From Bifidobacterium longum subsp. longum JCM 1217 (lineage in GTDB: Bacteria; Actinomycetota; Actinomycetes; Actinomycetales; Bifidobacteriaceae): DNA of 32,000 bases. Shown here piece by piece: positions 24,603-32,000 of the stretch. The position numbers and the translations under genes were made by a program. The first letter of the stretch is position 1. Each line of letters starts with the position of its first letter. The stretch covers positions 2,310,001 to 2,342,000 of the forward strand of contig NC_015067.1 of the NCBI RefSeq assembly GCF_000196555.1, given 5' to 3'. Under the pieces are notes generated by a model. That model saw only the letters and a program-made list of their open reading frames with translations. It did no database searches and had not been told where the DNA came from.

Positions 24603-26060
24603 TTAATGACTCCACACTGCCGCATCCGGATCGTCATCGGGGTTGTAGCCGTCGTCGTCCGGGTCGCTGTAGGTGGATTCGTCGTCAATGACGCCGGAAT
24701 CGGCCTCTTCGTTAAGTTCGGCGAGTGCCTTGGAGTCAAGGCTGTAGCTCGGCAGAGCGTTGTCGATGTAGCTGGTCACGGCCTCGCCCATCGGCACGTC
24801 GTGGCCGGCCTTCTCCGCCAGGAACCAGCGATGGTCAAGCACCTCATGGAAGAACTGAGCAGGCTCGATCTGGGAGCGATATTCGCGCGGAATCATACGC
24901 ACGGTCGGCTCGAACACCTCACGCATCCAGTCGGTGGCCACGATTTCCAGATCCTCGCCCTCACGCCACGTGGAGGCACGGTAGGCGTCAAGGTCGTTGA
25001 GCAGACGACGGGCCTGGTTCTCCTGCACGTCAAGGCCGGTGAGGCGCAGCAGCTTGCGGTTGGCGTAGCCGGCGTCCACCACGCGCGGGCGGACCAGCAC
25101 ACGCTTGCCGTCCTCGGCGGTCTTCATTTCCAGCTCGTCCACGTCGAAGCCCAGCTCGTTGAGCTTGTTGACGCGCTGCTCGATCTTCCACATTTCGTCC
25201 GGGTTGAACTTGTCGGTGTCGGTCAGGGCGCTCCACAGCGAGTGGTAGCGGTCGACTAGGCGGTTGCCCACCTCGATCTCATCCACGTCGCCGGGCAGTA
25301 GCTTGCCGGACGCCAAATCCATAAGTTCGCCGATGATGTTGGTGCGGGCCAAGTCGATATCGTATTCGCGCTGGCCGTCGGTGAGCTGGGCTTGCAGGTC
25401 ACCGGTCTCGGCGTCCACCAGGAAGGCGGAGAAAGCGTCGGCGTCGCGCAGGAACAGGACGTTCGACAGGGACACATCGCCCCAGTAGAAGCCGGCCAGG
25501 TGCAGGCGCACCAGCAGCACGGCGAGGGCGTCAATCAGTCGTTCGGCGGTGTCCGGGCGCAGGTTGCGGGCGAACAACGCACGGTACGGCAGCGAGAACT
25601 TCAAGTGCCGGGTGACCAGAATCGCCTCCAGCGGCTCCCCTTCACGGGTATGACGGCCGATGACCACGGCGATCGGGGTCACAGTTGGCAGTTCGAGCTT
25701 CTGCAGTCGACGCAGGATCTCGTACTCTCGCTCGGCCACCTGGCGCGTGATCTCCTTCATGGCGTACACCTCGTCGCCCACGTGCACGAATCGCACGACG
25801 TGGCGGGAGATGCCTCGCGGCAGGTTGGCCAGCAGGTCCTTAGGCCAGGTGGCCAAGGGCTTGTGCCAGGGCAGCGTGAACATCTTTGGGTTCGAGCTGG
25901 CGGCGGTGATTTTCAGTGCTTGCGGTTCCGCTGAATCGGCGTGTTCGTCTTCGGCTTTGACAGACGTGGCCTTCAGCGCACGCGGATCCATCTGGGGCAA
26001 TTCGTTCAACTCCATGTGTTCGATTTTACGTGGTGCTTGGGAAGTGCGCTTCCCAGCCAC
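24603..26060 (-). CDS. Conserved actinobacterial protein: atypical Kdo/RIO-like kinase fold plus DUF4032-type C-terminal domain
   Basis: VVRFVHVGDEVYAMKEI (the Lys in a VAIK-like position), LHLAGFYWGDVSLSNVLF (an HGDLxxxN-like catalytic loop without the His) and FLVDAETG (DFG-like). The family assignment is from memory. Start is either GTG at 26060 or ATG at 26015. Confidence 0.55.
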   Translation of the reverse strand: MAGKRTSQAPRKIEHMELNELPQMDPRALKATSVKAEDEHADSAEPQALKITAASSNPKMFTLPWHKPLATWPKDLLANLPRGISRHVVRFVHVGDEVYAMKEITRQVAEREYEILRRLQKLELPTVTPIAVVIGRHTREGEPLEAILVTRHLKFSLPYRALFARNLRPDTAERLIDALAVLLVRLHLAGFYWGDVSLSNVLFLRDADAFSAFLVDAETGDLQAQLTDGQREYDIDLARTNIIGELMDLASGKLLPGDVDEIEVGNRLVDRYHSLWSALTDTDKFNPDEMWKIEQRVNKLNELGFDVDELEMKTAEDGKRVLVRPRVVDAGYANRKLLRLTGLDVQENQARRLLNDLDAYRASTWREGEDLEIVATDWMREVFEPTVRMIPREYRSQIEPAQFFHEVLDHRWFLAEKAGHDVPMGEAVTSYIDNALPSYSLDSKALAELNEEADSGVIDDESTYSDPDDDGYNPDDDPDAAVWSH

Positions 26061-26136
26061 ATATTCGGCGCGTTATTCTCGCATACGAATAAACAAAAAG
26101 TCGGGTAATCCCCCACATGAATGAGATCAGAAGAAA

Positions 26137-26376
26137 TCAAGCCATCTTTAATTTTGTATCGCAAGCACCAGCAAAAAGCATCAAACAAAATAGGATACCG
26201 AACAACACAAAATCGATAGCCCAGAGACAATCCTGTTTGCTCGTTTTGCCCCCGTCATCCGCAGTAAAGAGCCACCCAACTATGAGGACAACGATTGAAT
26301 AAACAAACCAACCTGTTGCGCAAATTATTGCGATTAAATCAAAAGCAGTCATGGTCAGAGGAGCTCCCAGGCTCAT
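26137..26376 (-). CDS. Small (79 aa) two-TM membrane protein, AT-rich, last gene of the pilus operon
   Basis: Its ATG overlaps the stop of the upstream gene (ATGA on the coding strand, TCAT at 26373-26376). Two hydrophobic helices (FDLIAIICATGWFVYSIVVLIVGWLF and AIDFVLFGILFCLMLFAGA). About 40% GC by eye against about 60% in the flanks. Confidence 0.5.
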   Translation of the reverse strand: MSLGAPLTMTAFDLIAIICATGWFVYSIVVLIVGWLFTADDGGKTSKQDCLWAIDFVLFGILFCLMLFAGACDTKLKMA

Positions 26377-27164
26377 TTCATAACGCTTTCGTCATCTGTA
26401 TGGGATTTGTCGCTCAAATTGACGTCACTCATGCGGCGCCTCATGCGCAGCCTGAATAAAACGAACGCAACGAGTAGCATGAGCCCCGCTGCCGCAGCAA
26501 TGCTTCCTACGGCGGCACCGGTACGGCCGATAACGCCAGGCTTTACCGGCTCCTTGTTTGGATTATTTTCGGGCGGAGTGACGAGAGTTCCGGCGCTAAA
26601 TTTCGGCTCTACCGTGATGTTGAGATCGGCGGCCGTATCTCCGCTGCCAGGAATCGAGATGAGGAACGGATCACAGTCGTATGCCTTGTTGGCTTTCGCC
26701 GAATCCGTGCGGGAGACCAGATATAGGCCAAGCGGTAGGTTCTGGAAAGTGAGCTGACCAGCTACGTTAGTGGTGCCGGAATGCTGGTATAGCTTGTTTT
26801 TCGCCGCGTGTGCAGCCAGCTTCTTGGCGGCATCGTGATATTCGCTCGATGTCAGGCGTTCCCAATCGGCAGTGAGACCGGAAAAATCACTGACGGTTTT
26901 ATATGAGGAAACGCTACCATCATTGTTCGTTGTGACAGTGGCGACGCGCACGATGGCATAAGTATCGCCGGCAAGTGATTTGGGCGAAGCCGTGTCTCGG
27001 CCCCATACGGCATTGATGGTGAGAGTGCCGAAGGAATCAGCTTGCGCGTATGGCACCATGAAGCCGAAAGACACAAGACCAGTGAGGATGATAGTAATGG
27101 TGGCGGCAATCATGGCAGCAATGCGCGCCGCACCATACTCGCTTCCGCTATGCGGGTCTAACAT
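26373..27164 (-). CDS. Small pilin-like surface protein (single SpaA/CnaB-like domain) with a non-canonical sorting signal; candidate basal/minor pilin
   Basis: From M63 of the track ORF there is a signal peptide ...IILTGLVSFGFMVPYAQA/DSF. Pilin-domain landmarks are GTLTINAV, LAGDTYAIV, GQLTFQNLPLGLYLVSRTD...YDCDPFLISIP and NITVEPKF. A Pro-rich linker follows, then VIGRTG + AAVGSIAAAAGLMLLVAFVLF + RLRMRRR and a 19-aa tail. The start overlaps the sortase stop by 17 nt; ATG at 27113 is an alternative. Confidence 0.6.
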   Translation of the reverse strand: MLDPHSGSEYGAARIAAMIAATITIILTGLVSFGFMVPYAQADSFGTLTINAVWGRDTASPKSLAGDTYAIVRVATVTTNNDGSVSSYKTVSDFSGLTADWERLTSSEYHDAAKKLAAHAAKNKLYQHSGTTNVAGQLTFQNLPLGLYLVSRTDSAKANKAYDCDPFLISIPGSGDTAADLNITVEPKFSAGTLVTPPENNPNKEPVKPGVIGRTGAAVGSIAAAAGLMLLVAFVLFRLRMRRRMSDVNLSDKSHTDDESVMK

Positions 27165-28131
27165 GTCTGCCCGGTCCTTTCCGCCGTGATGAATGTGATT
27201 GGTTATTTGTATTGGCTGGCTGAGGAGGCAAGTCACCGTCCGGCTCGATGGCTGCGGAGCTAGAATCATCAGACGCGACCTTGGCGCTCCCACTCTGCCG
27301 GCGTCGCCGCTCATGCCGTTGCCACAAATGCCATGCGATGAGCAAGGCAATCAATGCGAGAGACGGCAACAAGTACTGCAGCGGGATGTCCACGTGGAAT
27401 GTGGATTTGGCGTCATCCTGCTGCTGCGGCGCGTATGGGATGCGATGACCGCGCACCAGCAGCCGGTGCGTGTTGACCGCATACGGTGTGCAGGTGATGA
27501 GCGTGACCAAATCCTTGCCGGGCTCGATTGCCAGTTGTTTGGTATCGGTCGGCAGAACGGTAGTGATCTTATCGACCTGATACGCATACGTGTCTTTAAG
27601 TATTGTGATGTAGAACTTGTCGCCTTTTTTCATAAGGTTCAAGTCCGTGAACAGTTTTGCCGTGGGCAAGCCCCGGTGGCCAGACAGCGCCGCATGAGTG
27701 GACGCGCCGCCAACTGGCAGTGAGGTCTGTTTGAGATGTCCGATGCCGGATTGCAACACTTTCTCGGAAGTGCCGTGATAAATCGGCAAGGTCTCATCGA
27801 GCTTAGGCACAGTGATGTATCCCATCATGCCGTCACCGTCAATATTGAGCAGACTGTTGTATTCCTCGTCCGTGGATGCGGAATTGACGGCACTGGCAAG
27901 AGCGTCGGTCTCTCCTGCATCGTTCTGGGCGAGCTTTTCGTTATAGGCGTGCGCAGCATCCAGCACCTTCTGGTACTGTTCCTGGCTCAATGCTTCAACG
28001 CTGGCGTCGTAGTTATTTACGGCGCGGCTGGCGTTGCGCATAATGAGGAAGTTGCTGATCGTCGGATAGAACAGAATGAGCATTCCACCGAGAATGACTA
28101 GTAAGGGTAGGATGTTGCGCAGTCGTTTCAT
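27148..28131 (-). CDS. srtC: Class C (pilus-polymerising) sortase
   Basis: N-terminal TM segment. ITVPKLDETLPIYHGTSEKVLQSGIGHLKQTSLPVGGASTHAALSGHRGL and the catalytic TLITCTPYAVNTHRLLVRGHRI. C-terminal TM anchor plus a charged tail. ATG at 28129-28131 is preferred over TTG at 28149. Confidence 0.9.
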   Translation of the reverse strand: MKRLRNILPLLVILGGMLILFYPTISNFLIMRNASRAVNNYDASVEALSQEQYQKVLDAAHAYNEKLAQNDAGETDALASAVNSASTDEEYNSLLNIDGDGMMGYITVPKLDETLPIYHGTSEKVLQSGIGHLKQTSLPVGGASTHAALSGHRGLPTAKLFTDLNLMKKGDKFYITILKDTYAYQVDKITTVLPTDTKQLAIEPGKDLVTLITCTPYAVNTHRLLVRGHRIPYAPQQQDDAKSTFHVDIPLQYLLPSLALIALLIAWHLWQRHERRRRQSGSAKVASDDSSSAAIEPDGDLPPQPANTNNQSHSSRRKGPGRHVRPA

Positions 28132-28153
28132 CGAGCGTTCTTTTCGCAAGGAA

Positions 28154-28203
28154 ACCGTGTTGTGGGCGTAGCGGGTGTGTGCCCTTCACACCCAAAACAC
28201 GGT
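28154..28203 (-). terminator. Compound intercistronic hairpin between the major pilin and sortase genes
   Basis: Outer ACCGTGTT / AACACGGT stem (8 bp) encloses an inner GGGTGTG / CACACCC stem (7 bp). It starts 9 nt after the pilin stop. There is a weak T-run after it on the minus strand, so it is more likely a partial terminator or stabiliser. Confidence 0.45.
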
Positions 28204-28211
28204 CATGTTCG

Positions 28212-29801
28212 TCAGGCGTTCTTGCGCTTGAGAGTCCAGGCAACGCCGAGCGCGATGACCAGCACACCAATCACCGTGAAGGCGATGGTACCCATGCCAC
28301 CAGTTTCAGGCAGGGTAACACCGGACTTGTTCTGGACCGGGATAACACCGTTCGATGCGGACTGGTTGTAGTTGCTGCCATTGTTGTTGTTGTAGGTGAT
28401 GGCGACGGTGGCATTCGTGGTGTCAGTACCGTCGTTCTGGCCATCAACCTTCACGCCGATGGCGCTGGCGAGCTTGTTGTAGCCGGCCGGCGCTTTGGTC
28501 TCGGTGAGCGTGTACTCGCCGTTCTTCAGTCCCTGGAAGACAACCTTACCGTTTGCAGGAGTGATGATAATATCACCTGTCTCACCAGCCTTGGCTACAC
28601 GGTATACAGCGTTCTGGGTCTCACTATCAGCGACTTTCACGAAGCTAATAGCGGAGCCGTCCTTATGTGCGAGTGTGAACTCAGCGCCAGCAAGTCGAGT
28701 AGCGGCATCATCATATTTTTTACCAGTGTACTTATCGACGGTGAAGCCATAAGTGAAGACGCGAACCTTGCTGGGTTCGGACTCACCGGTGCCACTGCTG
28801 CTCGGGTTGTTGGAGTACTGAATCGTTGCGGAGTTGGTGTTACCATGACCGCCCACAGCAGCCTTCTCGTTCAACGTGGCCGTGTAGGTGACGGTGATCG
28901 TCTTGCCGGCATTGGCCTGCTGCTTGGCCTTGAAGTCCTTCATGGCGACAGTAAGCGTATTGTCGGGGGCCGTAGGAGTGGTGACGGTGTAGTCAGTGCC
29001 CACGGTCAGTGGATTAGTCACACCGTCGACCGTAACGGAAGTGACTTGTCCAAAGGTGAGGCCCTTAGACAACGTATCCTTGAAGTTGAAGGTGTAGGTG
29101 TCATAGGCGGACATGTCTGGAATGGTGGAGGTCAGGGTGAAGGTCAGGGTATCACCGATCTTCGCGTCGGTGACGTCCTTACCAGTGCTGCCTACCTGTA
29201 CCTTCTTGTCGACGGTAGGCAGGTCGCCCTTGATGTCGGCAGTCACATTAGCGCGGTCAACGGAAACTAGCGTGGCGTATTGACCACTGGTGTTGGCCAA
29301 GGTCGCACCCGGCACAGCGACCACGTAGTAGCCGTAGTCGAGACCAGCGAACGTCGCAGTGTACTTACCGTCCGTGGCATCGTCAGATACCTGAGTGGTC
29401 ACGCCAGCCGCGATGTTGTTGGCCTTGGTCTGCGCCCAGTTCGATGCCTTGGTAGCGAAAGCAACCAAGTCTTCACCCTGCAGCTTGGATACGTAGTCGT
29501 TTGCTTTATCGTTGACGTTCTCGTTGGTAGCACCAGTTAGTCCGGAAGCAGCGGAGTCCTCAAAGAACGGCTTCCACTCGTCAGTCAACGTGTAGGAGAC
29601 AGCCGTGCCGTCACCGCTCACGGTAGCGGAGAACATCTTGTAGGCGTTCACGGTCTTACCGGCGAACTTCGCGTCAGCAGTGCTGACCGTCAGCGTGGCA
29701 TTATCCGCTGCGTTGGCCGTGGCGACTGTCGTCGCGGCCAATCCAAATACGGTGGCAATCGCCGCGGCAGCAGCGAAAACCTTTTTCATCAGTGATTTCA
29801 T
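28212..29801 (-). CDS. LPXTG-anchored major pilin (FimA/SpaA-like backbone subunit)
   Basis: ATG at 29799-29801 (MKSLMKKVFAAAAAIATVFGLAATTVATANA/AD). Candidate pilin-motif lysine in DLPTVDKKVQV. Classical E-box YTLTETKAPAGY. Sorting signal LPETGGMGTIAFTVIGVLVIALGVAWTLKRKNA. Confidence 0.85.
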   Translation of the reverse strand: MKSLMKKVFAAAAAIATVFGLAATTVATANAADNATLTVSTADAKFAGKTVNAYKMFSATVSGDGTAVSYTLTDEWKPFFEDSAASGLTGATNENVNDKANDYVSKLQGEDLVAFATKASNWAQTKANNIAAGVTTQVSDDATDGKYTATFAGLDYGYYVVAVPGATLANTSGQYATLVSVDRANVTADIKGDLPTVDKKVQVGSTGKDVTDAKIGDTLTFTLTSTIPDMSAYDTYTFNFKDTLSKGLTFGQVTSVTVDGVTNPLTVGTDYTVTTPTAPDNTLTVAMKDFKAKQQANAGKTITVTYTATLNEKAAVGGHGNTNSATIQYSNNPSSSGTGESEPSKVRVFTYGFTVDKYTGKKYDDAATRLAGAEFTLAHKDGSAISFVKVADSETQNAVYRVAKAGETGDIIITPANGKVVFQGLKNGEYTLTETKAPAGYNKLASAIGVKVDGQNDGTDTTNATVAITYNNNNGSNYNQSASNGVIPVQNKSGVTLPETGGMGTIAFTVIGVLVIALGVAWTLKRKNA

Positions 29802-29865
29802 TACTGTTCCTTTCCCTAAATGGAAATCTTTTCTGTTTGGCAGGTACGGTTTGTCTATGTGGTCG

Positions 29866-32000
29866 TCACGCGGCATGGGCACCTCGCTTTCGTATACGGC
29901 TGGAACCCGAGCGGACTGTGCCGGATTGAACGCGTTGATTACGCACGTACCAGACCACGCCAGCTCCCATAAGCAGCAAGCCGAACATCAGGAACCACAT
30001 CGTGCCCGCACCTCCCGTATCCGGAAGCAACGCCGCATTGGTAACAATGGCCACGCGTTCCTTGGTGTTGTAGGAGACCGATACTTGGTATCCGGCCTCC
30101 GCGGGCTTGATGGTCTTGGTGGTATCGCCGTCCTTATAGGTCACGGCGGTTTCTTTCACGGTGTACGTGTAGTAACGCACGATGTCCTTGCCGTTGGCAT
30201 CCTGTCCATCCACGAATGCGACCGGCAGTCCTTGAATCACCTTGCGCCAGGTGTTGCTCCAGGAAGAGGCATCGGAGGAGTCCAACGTCACCGTCCATGG
30301 ATTCTTCTGCGTCACGGTTGTGCAATCCGCGCCGAAGCATTGAATCGTCTGCGGCGTCACCGTATTGCCACTGCCATCGGTATAGTGCGCGGCGATCTTC
30401 AGCTCGACCGACTGCGGCCGTTCGAGGTTGCCGTCCTTCCATACCTTCTGGACGGTCAGGTCAATGGTTCGGCAACCGTCCTTGCCGCACGGGTCCTGGC
30501 CGTCGTCCGGTTCGGGGGTGAGTCCGCCGTTGTTGTCGGTCACGGTCGCGTCGAGCATGAGCACGGCCTTGGCCGGGGACTGGTAGGCATCGAGCTTTGT
30601 GCTGCTGCCACCAGCCACAGTCACGGCGTCCTTGATGCCGACCCATGTGGTGCCCGCGTCGCCGGATGCACCACTGTGCACAGCGCCGCTGTCGTATGTG
30701 TTGACCACGTCGAACAGCTTCACTTCCCAACGATCGAGTCCGGTGTTCAGCGCATCGTCTGCCGTGTTCTTCTGCGAGAAGATCTTGTTGCCGTCCTGTG
30801 CGGAGGTGCGGGCCTCACCGGCGTTCGCGGCCGCCTTGCGGTAGATGCGATAGGTGTTGTATGCCTTGCCGCCGTTGCCTTCATCGACCGGTCCGAGGAT
30901 GTCGCTCATGGTGTTGAAGTCCCATACGGACTTGAGTTTGGTGTTCGAGAACGGGTCGACCAGTCCGCTGGTGCCGCGGATCGTGTCGGCGTAGACCATG
31001 TGGTCGTCTGCCAGCACGCCCTCGTCGTTCAGTCCGGCGAAACCGCCCGCGTAGCCTGTGGAAAGGTCTTTCATGCCGTCGGTATCCTGAGTCGCTCCAC
31101 CACCGAACACGTCATAGCCGCTGGCGATGCCCGTCACGGTGGACTGTTCCACGCGGGTGCGGTTGCCCTTGATGAGTTGGACGGTCAGGTTGCTACCTGA
31201 CCCATCCATGTCGATGCCGTCCTTGCTGCAGGGCAGTTTGATGACGCTGTCGCCGATGGTGACGATCGCCACGTCGGTCTGCTGCTGGTTTTCGGCGTCG
31301 GCCTTGGACAGGGCGACGCTCACCTTCAGCCCGAACAGGTTCACGTACAGCACATCGCCTTCCGAGAGCACCTTGAGGTCGAATACCTTGCCGAAGATAG
31401 TCGGGAACCACTTGCCCAAGTCGATGACGCCGACCTGCTGCGCCTTGTCGAGGTACAGGAGCTTGACCAGCGCGTTCACTACTTGCAGGAGCAGTTCCAC
31501 GAGTACCGAGTTGACCTGCGTATCGACCAGATAGGCGCGGCTGGTTTCGCCGACGAATCCGCCGGCGATCTCGCCGCTGGTGACCTTCTTGAGATTGCCG
31601 GCCGTGCAGCCCTTCACTCGGGCCAGGTCCGCGTAGCCGACGAATCCGCCCGCGACCTCGCGCCCGGTGGCCTTGTCGGTGGCTTTGCCGTAATCGTCGC
31701 CATGGTGTGTGGCGGTGACGGTGTAGCCGTCCGGGATGCCGGTGACATGCGAATCACCGACATGCGAGCCCCAGATGTCAAGTACGCCGGCCGTGGCACC
31801 GAGCAGATTGAGCGCATCCGTGCCGAGCTGTGCATTGTCGGCGGCGACCGTGTCGGATTTGCCGAGGTGCCCGATGAAGCCGCCCACGTAGTTCACGCCG
31901 GTCACACTGTTGAGGTTGGTGACGTTGGACTGCTTGACGGAGCCATTGATCAGTCCACCGCCGAAGCCACCGGCCGCACCGGTGTAACGCTTCGAGTCGA
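29866..32000 (-). CDS. Large LPXTG surface protein with GLUG-type repeats and a C-terminal CnaB domain; candidate pilus tip adhesin (5' end beyond the right edge)
   Basis: The frame stays open to position 32000 (own translation: ...AAGGFGGGLINGSVKQSNVTNLNSV then the track protein). Repeated GGF(V/I/A)G units are VGGFIGHLG, VAGGFVGYADLARVKGC, IAGGFVGETS and YAGGFAGLNDEG. CnaB-like DLTVQKVWKDGN...YYTYTVKE. Sorting signal LPDTGGAGTMWFLMFGLLLMGAGVVWYVRNQR. Confidence 0.8.
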   Translation of the reverse strand, partial: DSKRYTGAAGGFGGGLINGSVKQSNVTNLNSVTGVNYVGGFIGHLGKSDTVAADNAQLGTDALNLLGATAGVLDIWGSHVGDSHVTGIPDGYTVTATHHGDDYGKATDKATGREVAGGFVGYADLARVKGCTAGNLKKVTSGEIAGGFVGETSRAYLVDTQVNSVLVELLLQVVNALVKLLYLDKAQQVGVIDLGKWFPTIFGKVFDLKVLSEGDVLYVNLFGLKVSVALSKADAENQQQTDVAIVTIGDSVIKLPCSKDGIDMDGSGSNLTVQLIKGNRTRVEQSTVTGIASGYDVFGGGATQDTDGMKDLSTGYAGGFAGLNDEGVLADDHMVYADTIRGTSGLVDPFSNTKLKSVWDFNTMSDILGPVDEGNGGKAYNTYRIYRKAAANAGEARTSAQDGNKIFSQKNTADDALNTGLDRWEVKLFDVVNTYDSGAVHSGASGDAGTTWVGIKDAVTVAGGSSTKLDAYQSPAKAVLMLDATVTDNNGGLTPEPDDGQDPCGKDGCRTIDLTVQKVWKDGNLERPQSVELKIAAHYTDGSGNTVTPQTIQCFGADCTTVTQKNPWTVTLDSSDASSWSNTWRKVIQGLPVAFVDGQDANGKDIVRYYTYTVKETAVTYKDGDTTKTIKPAEAGYQVSVSYNTKERVAIVTNAALLPDTGGAGTMWFLMFGLLLMGAGVVWYVRNQRVQSGTVRSGSSRIRKRGAHAA

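Noticed and set aside
28179-31200. 363-aa and 506-aa plus-strand ORFs (28179-29270 and 29680-31200) opposite the pilin genes
   Set aside because: They are antisense to ORFs with signal peptides, E-box, CnaB and LPXTG features. Their translations are low-complexity (G/V/D/R-rich) with no start context.
1-32000. CRISPR arrays, integrases or transposases, toxin-antitoxin pairs, and nuclease/helicase defence modules
   Set aside because: I looked for regularly spaced direct repeats and for the characteristic protein motifs in all six frames and found none. The only repeat structures are the palindromic or inverted elements reported above.

Overview
High-GC actinobacterial chromosome segment (roughly 60% GC, judged by eye). 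Gene content and order look like Bifidobacterium, B. breve/longum group; this is inferred, not searched. There are three blocks. (1) 1-9.7 kb is a carbohydrate locus: the 5' end of a sugar-binding lipoprotein gene, two tandem LacI-family regulators, a rafBCD-like ABC importer, a ROK-family regulator and a GH36 alpha-galactosidase. From memory this matches the adjacent mel/raf clusters of B. breve. (2) 9.7-26 kb holds mostly housekeeping or conserved genes: tadA, a CPA1 Na+/H+ antiporter, a TauE/SafE permease, two alpha/beta hydrolases, dcd, a P-type IIA cation ATPase, an MFS transporter, rlmB, a kinase-like DUF4032-type protein and two uncharacterised membrane proteins. (3) 26.1-32 kb is a co-oriented sortase-dependent pilus locus with lower GC. 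On the minus strand it encodes a GLUG-repeat/CnaB LPDTG tip protein (5' end off the window), an LPETG major pilin, a class C sortase, a third small pilin-like protein with a degenerate sorting signal, and a 79-aa AT-rich membrane ORF. I found no CRISPR array, tRNA/rRNA gene, integrase, transposase or recognisable defence system. The items most worth follow-up are the two unannotated-looking tail genes of the pilus locus, a terminator-capped polypyrimidine RNA candidate upstream of a hypothetical membrane protein gene (15.19-15.44 kb), and a four-copy CCCCATGGGG-containing inverted repeat array at 17.85 kb. Several 5' ends are uncertain. Many long ORFs in the track are antisense artefacts of high GC.
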